Source: Phoronis australis (Eukaryota; Animalia; Phoronida). Taken from it: DNA of 64,000 bases. Shown in pieces: positions 12,601-23,070 of the stretch. The DNA lies in assembly GCA_002633005.1 (NCBI GenBank), contig NMRA01000355.1, positions 204,532-268,531 of the forward strand. The letters run 5' to 3'. A program made the position numbers and the translations under genes. The notes under the pieces were generated by a model, which saw nothing but the letters and a program-made list of their open reading frames with translations, was not told the DNA's origin and searched no databases. How positions within the stretch are numbered: position 1 is the stretch's first letter; each line of letters begins with the position of its first letter.

Positions 12601-15600
12601 CATGATAGAAAGATAACAATCTGGCCATCACGGAAAGCTGCGTTAATAGCAGTCGACAAAAATAGCCTCAGGTTGGCACTGCCAGCCTCAAATCACATTT
12701 TTAAAAACAGTGTTACGTGTTTTTCCATAAGTGCAAAGCCAAAATAATTCGCAACATTGAAATTACCCCTGACCGGGTGGCGAAGTACTGTAGACTTACG
12801 CAAACGTAGCTGTACTGTAAGGTGCAGTTCACAGACCAATAAAAGCATAAGCCTGTAACAAGGTGTATTCCATGAAAGACTTGACAAGCTGAGCATTAAT
12901 TTGGAGAACGCAAAACACTTTTGCTATTGTCAACTGTTCGGATTGGTGAAAAATTGACAAATGTCATCGTTTTCCAAAACGTACATATCTGGTAAGACCA
13001 GAATTAAGACAAAATGTAATAATACACTTCGGCTCAAAACTGCCTCCAGATTACTCTACACTTGCCAGATCTGTCTGAAATTGCCAGGCAATGCTTTCTT
13101 CTTGGTATCCTACCTGAAAGTTAACAAAAAGGCGGACGCCAAATACGTTAATCGTCATTGGTGGGCACAGGCAGCCTTAATTTGTTCTCTTTACAACTTC
13201 GATGACAAAAATGCTTTTTGAGGTAGGCTTCAAATTCCCACGCAGCCCACATTGGGTCAAACAAAAGTCCCAAGCCTTTGACTTGAATCCATCAACTTAG
13301 CAACGGTGGGTCAATAACAAAGTACATTCCGTCCATAGGGACATCAAGTGGAATCAGACAACAGAAGGTTCCACTCAAGGAACGGAATAAAGCAACATTT
13401 TAAGATGTCGCTACGCTGGGGCTTTAGAAGTTGCATTTTTATACTTACAAGCTTGTTATATTTGTATTGTTGATAAAGTTGTCTGGGTGAATTCGTCGAA
13501 GGCCACTCTTTGAAACAGTCCTGGAAAGTAGAGAACGTATAAACCCACCAACGTCATCCGGTAAATACACCATACTAGGGGTTCCTCAATGTGTTTACTT
13601 TGTTTTGGTGATACAGGTCCCTGAATGAGGCTCTTGGGACCGTGAAACCCCTACTTATTGATAACATGAATAAAAACAGCAATGCAGACATGGTTACGGA
13701 CGAGCTACATGTGCAGTAGTTTTCAAAATGAATCGCGAGTAAACATCCATTTCTTTTAGGCTACAATTTACAAACCTCTCTAACACAGGTTAACTCACGA
13801 CAAAATCACGGCAGGTGTCGCTCCATTCTCACTTCGTCGATCGGAAATCGCTACACCTCGTTTGCCGTGTGCAAGGCCATTCACAAAAGAATAACCTCGG
13901 TGGTTCCCTGCGTGCCGCTAGGTGGTAGCCAGCACGCAGGTACCACTTAATTTTCCTCGGAATTTTTTTTACACCGGCGTTTTTGATTGGCTGGCCGAAT
14001 TCTCAACAGGCAGCGCTTTACGCAAACAAACTGGCATGACTGATGGAGGAAGTGTAAATGTGGTCTGTTGTACAGACAAACCGGTGCTTCAAATTCATGT
14101 TCAAGAAATGTGAATCCCTGAAAATTGTGGTTGCTCCTTTTCAGAGTGCATTTTTCTACTGTCGCTGACTTTTGTTTACGTTGCTGTCCTGTATTCATAC
14201 AATGTGAATATCACACTAGTTAAATCGGCCAGATGACAGCGTGTTTATTGTATATGTATGTGCTTCAAGCACACGGCTATTAAACATTAGGCCTACTGCA
14301 GAAACGAAATAGTTGTTGCTACGCCACTTGCATGACAAGGCTAAAAATCGTTCATAGTCCGCCATCTTCCCACTCTGTTGTAAAGCTAACCAATGACTGC
14401 CGAGATTACATCAACCAATGATAAAGCGCGTGCTACAGCGTGCTATCTGCGTGCTGGCTACCAAGCGGCACGCAGGGAACCAGCGAGATGAGTAACCAGC
14501 AACTACATGTAATGGCAATAACGGTAAATTGAACTGTGTTTAAATTGCGGTAAAAATGCTTTTGTACTGTAACGAAGTTCAACTAAACTGCGAAATAATT
14601 CTAGCTAGTTTGACCATAGACTATAGTACATGGTCCGCCAACTCCGTATATTTTCAATGGACGAAATCTGTGCTGTTCCGCACAACGTTACGTCATTATT
14701 TACACGCAACATCTGGCCCAATTACGTCAGTAGTATGATTATTATTTCCGTCAAGTACGTCGTCTGCTAATCATGGTCGGCTGTTGTGTGGTCGGGTGGT
14801 AGTAGCATTGTTAAAAGTACTCACGATACCAACAGTTCCGCTATTTTAAGATTTTGAACAGCGTTTAAATGCCGAAGTTATTATTTTGTTTTCATTGTAC
14901 TATACAGTAAAATAGATGTGAGAATTTCCCGTCACAATACACTAACGGGAAAATGAATCAGATAATTTAGGATAGTGGGGTCGCCTCTAGGATAGTACGG
15001 AAGAAAATGTCGGAGTTGCGAATCTGTTGTCTATGGTTTGACAGAGTTTGACAGAGCTTTGTCTAAAACTGCTGTAAACGAAACAAATGAATGTTTATGC
15101 CAATGACAGTTTCGTTAAAACATATTAAAATATCCAAACGCTCAGGGTGTCACCTCCCTTCTTAAACTTTCGCTGACCATGACCTTGGCATTTGTTTCTT
15201 CATACTCACAATCGTGTTAGATTTGGATAAAGTCCCAGTGCGTCTTTCGATAGTTCCGCTAGGTGGTCCTGGTTCTTTATTGTTCTGAAAAGCAAACGTG
15301 TCAACGCCAATGGTAGGTATCTTCTTGTTAGAGTTGCATTTCAACGTTTCGCTAGCTAAATAGTTAGGCCCCATACTTTCATGAAATCAACCTAGTAATA
15401 TTTCGTATCGTAATAGAGTTTTAGTTGCAATACCAACAAAGAAATCGAAATGATGAACAACTCATAGTTTATTGAGGTTCGCAAACCTCAAAATGATACA
15501 TTTTAGTTATTTTGAATGGTACCTCAAATAGAATGCTATCAGAGTAAGGTATGCAATGAGACTGATTGTATGAGCGTAAAACATGCGCGCAGCCAATTGG

Positions 15601-18600
15601 CGGAATGGACAAAAAGGTCCGCCTCAGAGAAGCAAAATCCCCGAAAAAAAGTAAAAATAGATACAAAAGTCCACTAAAAATACAGGAACTGCCATAATTC
15701 GGTGAATGCACAATTCATGGGTCTGAACATACCACGTGAATCTTAGTAAAAGGTCCACGTTCTCAAGAATTCGAGAACCCTCATTTTTTAGGCTGGGTGT
15801 GCGCATGTCTGTAGAGAGCCTAATTTTTTTCCTTTTGTAGTTGGCTGAACAAGGAGAAATGCAGGTTTAAGCAAAAAAACGTTTTTTGTAGGAGAAGTAA
15901 CTCTTATGGTTCCAGGCGCATACACCATCTGTCCGTTTCGCGCGTGTTAAGTTTCCAATGCTGGATTCTTAATGAACTGAAGCGCTTTGGGGTTTAAAAA
16001 CATAACCACGCTCACCCAATCTCGAATTGCATCGGAGTTAGCCTGCAACTGAAGTCACAGGCAGAGCGTACGTGACCCATTTTCCAAATCACAATTTTAG
16101 GGTTAGCCAATGCAAACAAACTCTGAAGCGTTTCTCCATCGGCTGATGATTCCGATGGCCTTGTTAATTGGTTACGGAGATAGTTCTATCACGGTGAATA
16201 ATTTTTATAATACCGATTTTATAAGAGCAAAGGCGTACTTCGATTTCCATTTTTAGCCACTGCAGCAACACACGGCGAAACGCAGCTTGAGGAGTCCTGG
16301 GGCCCGTTCCAAGAAACTGACTTACATGTAAGTTCATGTTTTAATTAAGTGTAAGATTTGTCTCAACTTCCAGACTTTGAAACTGGCACATCTGATAAGT
16401 TAGTCAAAAACTTAATTCAAAAACCTAAGTCAAAATTAAGAACTCGTTTTGAATCGGGCTTGAGACAAATTCAGGTTTTATGTCTTCGCTTATTCCATTG
16501 TCGAATAGCACTTTTTTCTTAAGCCAACGTGACGAAGTATTAACACTTATAAGTGTTTTGCAATTATCGGTGCGAAATTGCTTTCGCGTAATTGTTAGAC
16601 AAGCTACTCTTATGACAGGCAATAGAAATTCTAGTAACGATCCCTTATATAAGTTGCTAATTACTGCGGAATGTTGATGAGCACAACACTGTGCCTCACC
16701 TGTTAGGATTAACAAGTGACATTTTCAACTCAGTTCTTCGTCCACGAACAACAAAAAGTCAAATGCTTAGCAAAATTGGAATTCGTGGTTGTTGACAAAA
16801 TAGATTACATCTGCGGTGGGCTTTAAAACTGAAACCTAGTTTCAGTGCCGTGATATTTGGAAACTCGAAACACATTAAAAATATGAAAGCACCGTCATGT
16901 TCCGGTTATTGAAGCTAGCTTCACGACTCACTGATTTATTTGGAACTGATGACAGCAATCTAGACTAGGAAGACTTTGTCAAACTTCTCATAACATGTTG
17001 ACCATGTAAACGTGTCACACCTCATCAAAATCATAGGCGTAATCAGAGGATATTATTACAAGTGTCTATCTCCTTTCCAATAACGACTAAAACAACAATG
17101 CGCGAGTCTTTGTGATTGTGGCCGGGTTCTCTACACAGCGCCTTTATGTAATGTACTTGTTTAAGTTTAAGTCATTGGATCGGGGTTTCCTTGATTTTGT
17201 TTACTTCGATTAATGATAATAAAATACAATTATTCAAGTCAAAGGTGGTCGCCATATTCGATAGCTGTAAACTGAAGGGGGTTTCCCAGTTTTAAGTAAA
17301 TGGGAATGACTGAATGCTATGACCACGGTCGAATTACTTAAAGCAATGAGAAGCCATGTCAAACAACCTTCGCCATTGCTATCTTTCATAGCACCATAGA
17401 CCATAGTACGATGTACATGGACCGCCAACTCCGAATGTTTTCAATGGATGAAATCTGTGATCTTACGCATAAGCCGTGACGTCACTATTCACTGGCGACA
17501 CCTGGCAGACATAGCACGTTTTAATTCCGGCAAGTACGCCGTCTGCTAATCATAGTTAGCTGTTGTGTGGTCGGGTAGCATTGCTAAATTACTCACGATA
17601 CAAAGAGTTTTACTTTTGGAAGACTTTGAACAGCGTTTTAATGCGAAATTATTTTTGTTCGTTTTGCTGGATAGTAAAATAGATGCACGAACTTTAAAAT
17701 TAGCGCGTAAGTGAATAACGGCATGTTTATCCAAGAAAACGGTTCACGTACTCAAACAGACGACACACGTGGAGAACAAACTGTACAGGTAAACGTCAAA
17801 ATACATTGTGAGGGGGAGAGACCAGAAATCAAAACATCTTGAGCTCAAATGAGCCAATATTTATATTGAGATAGCGCTAAGAATGGTTCAATGCGCTAAT
17901 TTTAAAGTTCATGCTTCTGTTCTGGCCTCAAACAAATGTGAGTAAAATAGATGCAAGAATTTTCCGTCACAATACACTAACCGGAAACCAAGTTTGCTAT
18001 GTTTAGAGGGTGTTGTCTACAATCTATGGTATCACCGTGAAAGAGTGTACCGGGTTCTTCTTCTAGATTCGCCGAATTACTCGCAGTGACTGATGGACGA
18101 GAATTCTGACGTCATAACACTAGTAGTAGATCTGTATTCGAGTTCATTCACTGTCCCTTTACTCAGTGATAGGAATGTTTTATCGTCCTCGTCAAAAGCT
18201 CAGACTCACACGCATAGAACTATGTCCAAATGACCACGACCATGTTCTTAAAAACCCTATATGTCCTTGCTCACAGGATTTGACATTAGTTTCACATTTA
18301 GGATCTTAAGTGTGTTGCCATTTTGGATATCGCTTTTCCAGTAGCTAGGTTGTTTGCCAGTCACTGCGCGATATTTCGAAACATATGACCGGCTGAATTT
18401 GTGGAGAAATGATGCCATGACTTGCCAAGAATACTATGCATGGAGGTGAATCATGACTGTTCGAAGCAACCCATCCAATCTCCAGAAACACTGTGCTGGA
18501 GCGCAATCACAGAGCGTAGACAGCGGTCCATAGGAAAAATAACGGCAATTCTATACGAAAATCGTATCGTATAGACTGAAATGAAGTGCGCTATAGATTA

Positions 18601-21600
18601 TGAAGGTCCCGGGATTTGTCTATAGCAAGAGATTGGCGACTTGGAGTGCGGTAAAAATATTTACCTTTAAGGTACAGTTCATCCCTGGTAGGAGTTTACC
18701 ATTCCAAGTGTTTTGTCTGGCCTTGTGGTATTGCTTCGAGAGGTACATTGCCCTCTCATGTCAGGTAATACCAGTAATATCGTATAGGGTGGATGAACCA
18801 AAGAAATGGCAACCGGGGGTGGGGAAGTCGTATTGTCTCGGTCAAGGGTATTATATCATTTGGTACTGGTCCCATTTTCAGATTGCCCAACTATTGCGCC
18901 TCACCCACTGTGGGGAAGAGAACCATCTGTAATCCTTCTGCTTATGTAGTCAGGGTTAAAAGTGATAATTAACATGGACCGCCAAGTCTATCTCTTAATT
19001 CACAAAATCTGGGATAGTGCGCAAGAGCTGCGACTAACAGTATAGGCTTCTAAGTCACTATTCGCTAGCGTCGCCTGGTGTGATGCGTGTTTTACTTCCG
19101 GTAAGTAGGTCGTCTGTTGACTACCCGGAACCTTGATTGTGTATTGGAAGAAAGGGATTCCTCCGGGATTCCATGAGAAAATGTCGGAGTTGCGCATGAA
19201 CAGTCCATGACCTATGACCTATAACGAAACTGGTGCAACGTCGAAAAGACTAAAACCTACTATCATCTGACTTAACATATACAGCATTCCACCTCGCGAG
19301 CAGTGTTACAGAGACATTCTGCCAGGTCTACAGATCAAAACTTAAAAGTGTAATGAAATCGATATGAGATAGCAAAACAGCGACTACATCAATATTTCAT
19401 ATAAGATGTTGTTCTACAAACTTTGCAAACTTTAAAGGTACGGAAAAACTTTGAAGATGTTTACAAAGTCTGATCTACCGGCAATAGTGTCTAACGTTTC
19501 CGGAGTCAATCGACGGCGGCATGGAAATATGAAACACTTCTATCGACAAGATAAACTTTGTGACATATTGACGATTCTTGGTTCACTATCCCATTTACAT
19601 CTACCAATTGGGCAACATTATGTATTTTCTGTGAAACTCCCAAAAAATAGATTGAGCATTATTTTAAGTGCCGCTTTTTTCTGGAGCACATTATAGAATG
19701 CTCTAATTTCGAGAGAAAGATTAGGTAGCCTAAACGTGTGCTTTAACGCTTTGGACCTCGTAAAATTCGCTGATGTCTAGACACGTTTAGATACCTGGAT
19801 CAGGGGTCAAATCTTTGTACTCTGTGAAGATTCAAGGTACCTGACTATTCTTCTGTACTAGATTACGCAATGGTTTGGGTAGAATATTGTCAATGCCTAG
19901 TTATAGTTCGCACTAGATGACCCCTCGGTTCAAGGTGTAAACTCGAGTAAAATCTCGAAATTTCGACTTCAGTCTTGAACTTAAGTACTGGAGATATCAC
20001 AGTAGTATTCCTATGTATGTAAAATTACTTATTTAACACATGGAGTTATTTGTATCGCGGCGAAATCTTGTTGCCATGTGCTTTGTCTTGCTCTTATATG
20101 ACACTATGTACAGGCCAAGCGTACCCGTGCCGGGTAAGCAACAAAATTTTGTGTAATGCTGAATATCTGGTTATGTTTTATTTCATAACAAAAGTCATCA
20201 GAGTTTCCAATTGAGAAATAAACAAGTTAAACCATTGAGCCATTCAATAATAATAAATGTTCGTCAGAAACTTTGAAACAATCCATTAGAGAATACAAAA
20301 TTTGAATCATTAACTGAACAGTTGTGCAGCATCGTTTTAGCTTTCATGAATTTCTCAGTTTCACGCAAATTAACGGAAAGCGTTTACCGAGCACGCGCAG
20401 GACCTAGCTTGCACGCGCAGGACCTAGCTTACACTACTAAAATGGCGGCTACTGAAAAGATTGGTTGTCGAGGAGGGAATGTTGATTTATGGGATGTGAA
20501 TCTCAGTTATGTTCTATAAGCAAACAATTCTCGCCGAAAGTGCCCTGAGAGTGTCTTGCATCAATGAAACGTGATTCAGGAAAGGAAAATTATTTTCTCA
20601 TTTTATGTGGTAACGTGAAATGTTATGCACAGTACGAAAACTCTTTTTAACCTCAAGGATTGAATAGCAAGAACATTTGGCATTATAATATGCGAATAAA
20701 GGATTAACTGGGATTGTAATTACACAAAATACAAAGGGACTTTGCGCGGATTTGGTGACTTTGGTGATTTTGCAAAATACGTACAAACAACATTTGCTCT
20801 TCTAAAGCACGAGTACTTCTTTGCAAGCAAAATCTCGGTCACCCCATTTGCATTGCATCTAGCGGAATTACCTTGCATTACGCATGACTACGCCCAGACA
20901 GGGTCTTTGATAAAAACCAGCTGTTGCTTTCAATCGATTTTATGGACTGAAAAACATAATTTTAATAAATGAATTACTTTCCATTACCGCAAAGTAACCT
21001 GTCCAATGGCGAACTGTAAAAGCAGATTAGAGTTATGTGTTTGTGTGCACTCATAGGTCCAATTTTATGTCTCATCATTACAATAATTATCAATGTGATA
21101 TATTTGAGGCTCACGGTCATTACTCTGGTACCGGCGGTAGACTATGAACTACCTCTCGAAGCGCGTGCGCTTACAAGTATTCTGATTGGCGGGTTTAGGA
21201 TTGAACGACTTCGGCACATCTGCATTGAACTCTTTTGTTAAAAACACCCCTGCGTCCTCACAAACAGCGGTTTAACTAAGCCCTTTTGGGAGTCCTCGGG
21301 CCATTGCTCGAATAAGGGATTTCCCCTGCAGTAGGGTACCGGACTACAATGCAACCCGAGAGTGATTATATTCCCAATAGTCACGTGGAAAATAAGAAAA
21401 AAATCGAGTCTCCTCGATTAATGAATCAAGAGGTTTTTAAGTTAAAGCCACCAAAAGCCATGTTCCTGTGTCCGACGAAAATAGCTTTCTTACCAAGCAA
21501 AGTTGTCTTGCTCTTATCAATACATTCACGTTTAATCGAAATGTGTTGCAATAAAACGCCTGGCTTTCCCCTGGCGGCCAGCTGCTGGAGCGTGACAAAC

Positions 21601-23070
21601 TAGTCCAAGAGCTTAATGAAGTAATCAAAAAAATCAGTTGTTTTCAGCTACAAAAATCACTGTCGGGCTGCATTGTAGTCCAGTAGTTCACTTCAGGGCT
21701 TATTCTAGCGATGACATATGACTACCAAAAGGGTTTACTTAAATCATGAATGCGCTGTTTTGAGGATACATTTTTGGCGTTTTTAGCAAATGAGGGGATC
21801 TCAAGAGTGAAATGTAGATGTGAATCGAAAATCAAATATTGTGTTTTGATAGAAGGCGCTAGTTTATATTTGAAGCTATAAATTCGTCACTGACAGGTGT
21901 CGTTCCTTTGGTAGCACCAGTATGTTCTACTTCTGCCGCGACTACCAGCCATTGTGGTCGTAGCACCTTCAGCCTTTATACACGTAGTGTATAGGGGTTT
22001 CTAAGATGGAGAAATGTATTTGTGACGCAGCATTGCGCAGGTTTTAATCAAACCTTGACTTAGGTTTTGGATCTTTTGAAGGGAGTTCATGCTTTTTGTG
22101 CTCACGTGTATTTTTCCAGCATGTGAATTTCCAAAGCTTGTAATTTGGGCATTATTCAATATCCACGCCCACTTAAGTTATTTTAATTGAGCATGCTTAA
22201 GCAATATTCATACTCTGCAATGGGGCGGCGATGTCGCAAACGACGATTATCAACAAGCGGATTTGCGAAATACCACATAATTTGTCTAAGAGTATACACA
22301 TTGACATTTAAGACTTATTTTTTTCAAGCTCGTTTTATTCATCATCAAGTACGGTAGGCTATGAGCAATAGTTAAATCATCAGAATAAAAATGCACAAGA
22401 TTATAACATAAGTGTGGATGAAACCTGTGTTTTCGCGTGTTTTAATTAGTTTTGCGTTGTTTGCAATTGAAGCTAGGCAAAATTTTCGAGCTCTTCCAAA
22501 GTTCTGAAATTTTTAACAAACACGGTTTCGTATACAACGGAACTCCGTTTTTCAAACTTGAGCTTTTGCCCATTGCTGCGACTAAGTTACATAGGAACCG
22601 TTCTTGTTTTGTATCAGGGAATTTGTTTGCGAAAAAAACATGTGCTGTTCATTACAACAGGTGACGCATAATATAAAAATTAGGTTAGAAAAATTAGAAG
22701 GCTTATGAAACCTCTCTGCTCACGCTTCATAGTATGAGGGAGAGGGGTTCTAAAAAAGTGGGCCCAGGATTGTCAATAGACACGAAAATTCGCCTTTGTG
22801 GAAGTATTCTCTATAATGAATAGGGATTCTGTCAAATGCATCATGCAAGCTCTTCAACGATCTCAAAGAGATAATGTCAACTTACATGTCTGTGACGTTC
22901 TTCATGTATCCGGTATCACTGAGCACTGGTAAACTCATTAAATTGTCAGGCTGAAGACATCGTATAGACCTGGGTAGACATTCACATCCTTCAATGCACG
23001 TTAATCCAAAAGCGCGTGCGGTGCTCCAGAGTATCGAGACCGCCAACAAGATCACCTGAGTGAAACTCAT
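504..23070 (-). CDS. Trk: Trk-family neurotrophin receptor tyrosine kinase (NTRK-like), 14 coding exons, 3'-partial (continues past position 1)
   Basis: Spliced model join(23070-22886,15284-15210,13520-13449,12054-11983,10830-10661,10019-9884,6209-6073,5787-5615,5229-5097,4497-4331,3834-3576,2668-2362,2135-1895,662-504) = 2286 nt, open frame, all GT-AG. Trk hallmarks: LRR and Ig ectodomain, [63 protein letters not shown]. Confidence 0.96.
1578..1718. mobile_element. Degenerate ~140-bp MITE flanked by CAG on both sides; same family as 4875-5032
   Basis: Shares CGAAGTCTTGC, GAGGTxCTxGCGT and CTGAACG with 4875-5032. CAG flanks at 1575-1577 and 1719-1721. Confidence 0.5.
1895..2135 (-). CDS. Trk: Trk coding exon 13: kinase catalytic and activation loops
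   Basis: 241 nt, phase 2-0, acceptor TTTTCCTCTAG, donor [15 protein letters not shown]...[15 protein letters not shown]...[18 protein letters not shown]. Confidence 0.97.
2362..2668 (-). CDS. Trk: Trk coding exon 12: kinase N-lobe
   Basis: 307 nt, phase 1-2, acceptor TTTCCAG, donor [30 protein letters not shown]...VAVKTLK...[13 protein letters not shown]. Confidence 0.96.
3576..3834 (-). CDS. Trk: Trk coding exon 11: TM helix + intracellular juxtamembrane with NPxY (Shc/FRS2-type) site
   Basis: 259 nt, phase 0-1, acceptor CTCTTTTAG, donor [35 protein letters not shown]...VVENPNYL. Confidence 0.93.
4331..4497 (-). CDS. Trk: Trk coding exon 10: extracellular juxtamembrane stalk (5' boundary either 4497 or 4395)
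   Basis: A phase 1-0 exon is required to join exon 9 to the TM exon. Open frame [56 protein letters not shown], donor ACG|GTAAC, two in-frame AG acceptors. Confidence 0.7.
4875..5032. mobile_element. MITE, PIF/Harbinger-like (3-bp CAG target duplication)
   Basis: Inverted repeats CGTTCAGTAGACGCTAGGACCT / AGGTCCTAGCGTTACTGAACG. CAG at 4872-4874 and 5033-5035. Confidence 0.65.
5097..5229 (-). CDS. Trk: Trk coding exon 9: Ig domain 2, second half
   Basis: 133 nt, phase 0-1, acceptor TTCTTAG, donor [50 protein letters not shown], Trk GCL...NNGxYTL..xNxxG motif. Confidence 0.93.
5615..5787 (-). CDS. Trk: Trk coding exon 8: Ig domain 2 (ligand-binding d5), first half
   Basis: 173 nt, phase 1-0, acceptor TTTTATTTCAG, donor [42 protein letters not shown]..., Trk HWCI and GxPxP..W motifs. 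Confidence 0.93.
6073..6209 (-). CDS. Trk: Trk coding exon 7: Ig domain 1, second half
   Basis: 137 nt, phase 2-1, acceptor TTCTTTAG, donor [51 protein letters not shown], CxAxNxVG motif. Confidence 0.92.
9101..9171 (-). repeat. tRNA(Gly-GCC)-like decayed sequence, probable SINE head or tRNA pseudogene
   Basis: Minus strand reads TGGTGTAGTGGTAAAG...TCGCCAC..GAGGCCCGATTTCGAATCCGGCC: A box, degenerate B box and GCC loop, resembling eukaryotic tRNA-Gly. Stems are broken. Confidence 0.6.
9884..10019 (-). CDS. Trk: Trk coding exon 6: Ig domain 1, first half
   Basis: 136 nt, phase 1-2, acceptor TTCTCTTTCAG, donor [51 protein letters not shown], with the Ig Cys and core Trp. Confidence 0.9.
10661..10830 (-). 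CDS. Trk: Trk coding exon 5: C-terminal Cys cluster (LRRCT)
   Basis: 170 nt, phase 2-1, acceptor TTTCAG, donor [23 protein letters not shown]...LMCV...NITGC, NPxxCxCxxxW motif. Confidence 0.9.
11983..12054 (-). CDS. Trk: Trk coding exon 4: LRR3
   Basis: 72 nt, phase 2-2, acceptor TTTCTTTCCAG, donor GTAAGT. (L)[23 protein letters not shown](L), LxLxxNxL motif. Confidence 0.9.
13449..13520 (-). CDS. Trk: Trk coding exon 3: LRR2
   Basis: 72 nt, phase 2-2, acceptor TTTCCAG, donor GTAAGT. (L)[23 protein letters not shown](L). Confidence 0.9.
13894..14489. mobile_element. ~600-bp non-autonomous DNA transposon (MITE) with ~50-bp TIRs
   Basis: ACCTCGGTGGTTCCCTGCGTGCCGCTAGGTGGTAGCCAGCACGCAGGTACCAC (13894-13946) is the near-perfect inverse of 14440-14489. 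Confidence 0.8.
14613..15037. mobile_element. MITE with ACCATAGAC...GTCTATGGT termini (copy 1)
   Basis: Terminal inverted repeats plus subterminal CGCCAACTCCG / CGGAGTTGCG. Body aligns with 17393-18030. Confidence 0.75.
15210..15284 (-). CDS. Trk: Trk coding exon 2: LRR1
   Basis: 75 nt, phase 2-2, acceptor TTTTCAG, donor GTGAGT. (I)[24 protein letters not shown](L). Confidence 0.88.
16300..16460. mobile_element. Short MITE family (GGGCCCGTTCCAAGAAAC...); further copies at 27056-27295 and ~48553-48695 (inverted)
   Basis: Shared CGTTCCAAGAAACTGACTTA..TTTGTxTCAACTT..GAAACT..AAGTTAGTC. Imperfect TIRs, CTG/CAG flanks. Confidence 0.7.
17393..18030. mobile_element. MITE ACCATAGAC family copy 2, carrying a nested insertion
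   Basis: Aligns to 14613-15037 and is interrupted at ~17688-17940. A partial third copy lies at ~18972-19210. Confidence 0.7.
17681..17918. mobile_element. Nested TIR element
   Basis: AGATGCACGAACTTTAAAATTAGCGC (17681-17706) versus the inverse of 17893-17918, 24/26 identical. Confidence 0.7.
21215..21822. mobile_element. Foldback-type element with ~150-170-bp imperfect inverted arms
   Basis: 21215-21367 aligns to the reverse complement of 21655-21822 (e.g. CCCTTTTGG, GAATAAG, GGACTACAATGCAxCCCGAxAGTGATT). Confidence 0.7.
22886..23070 (-). CDS. Trk: Trk coding exon 1: signal peptide + N-terminal Cys cluster (LRRNT)
   Basis: [61 protein letters not shown]. Hydrophobic leader and CxxxCxC...C pattern. 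Donor AT|GTAAGT, phase 2, 185 nt. Confidence 0.88.

Noticed and set aside
15162-15374. 70-aa minus-strand ORF overlapping exon 2
   Set aside because: Wrong frame. The true exon (15210-15284) is read in another frame that fits the LRR pattern and phases.
16926-17010. GTGAGT donor as an alternative candidate for exon 2
   Set aside because: Upstream sequence is not LRR-like and lacks a suitable acceptor. 15210-15284 fits far better.
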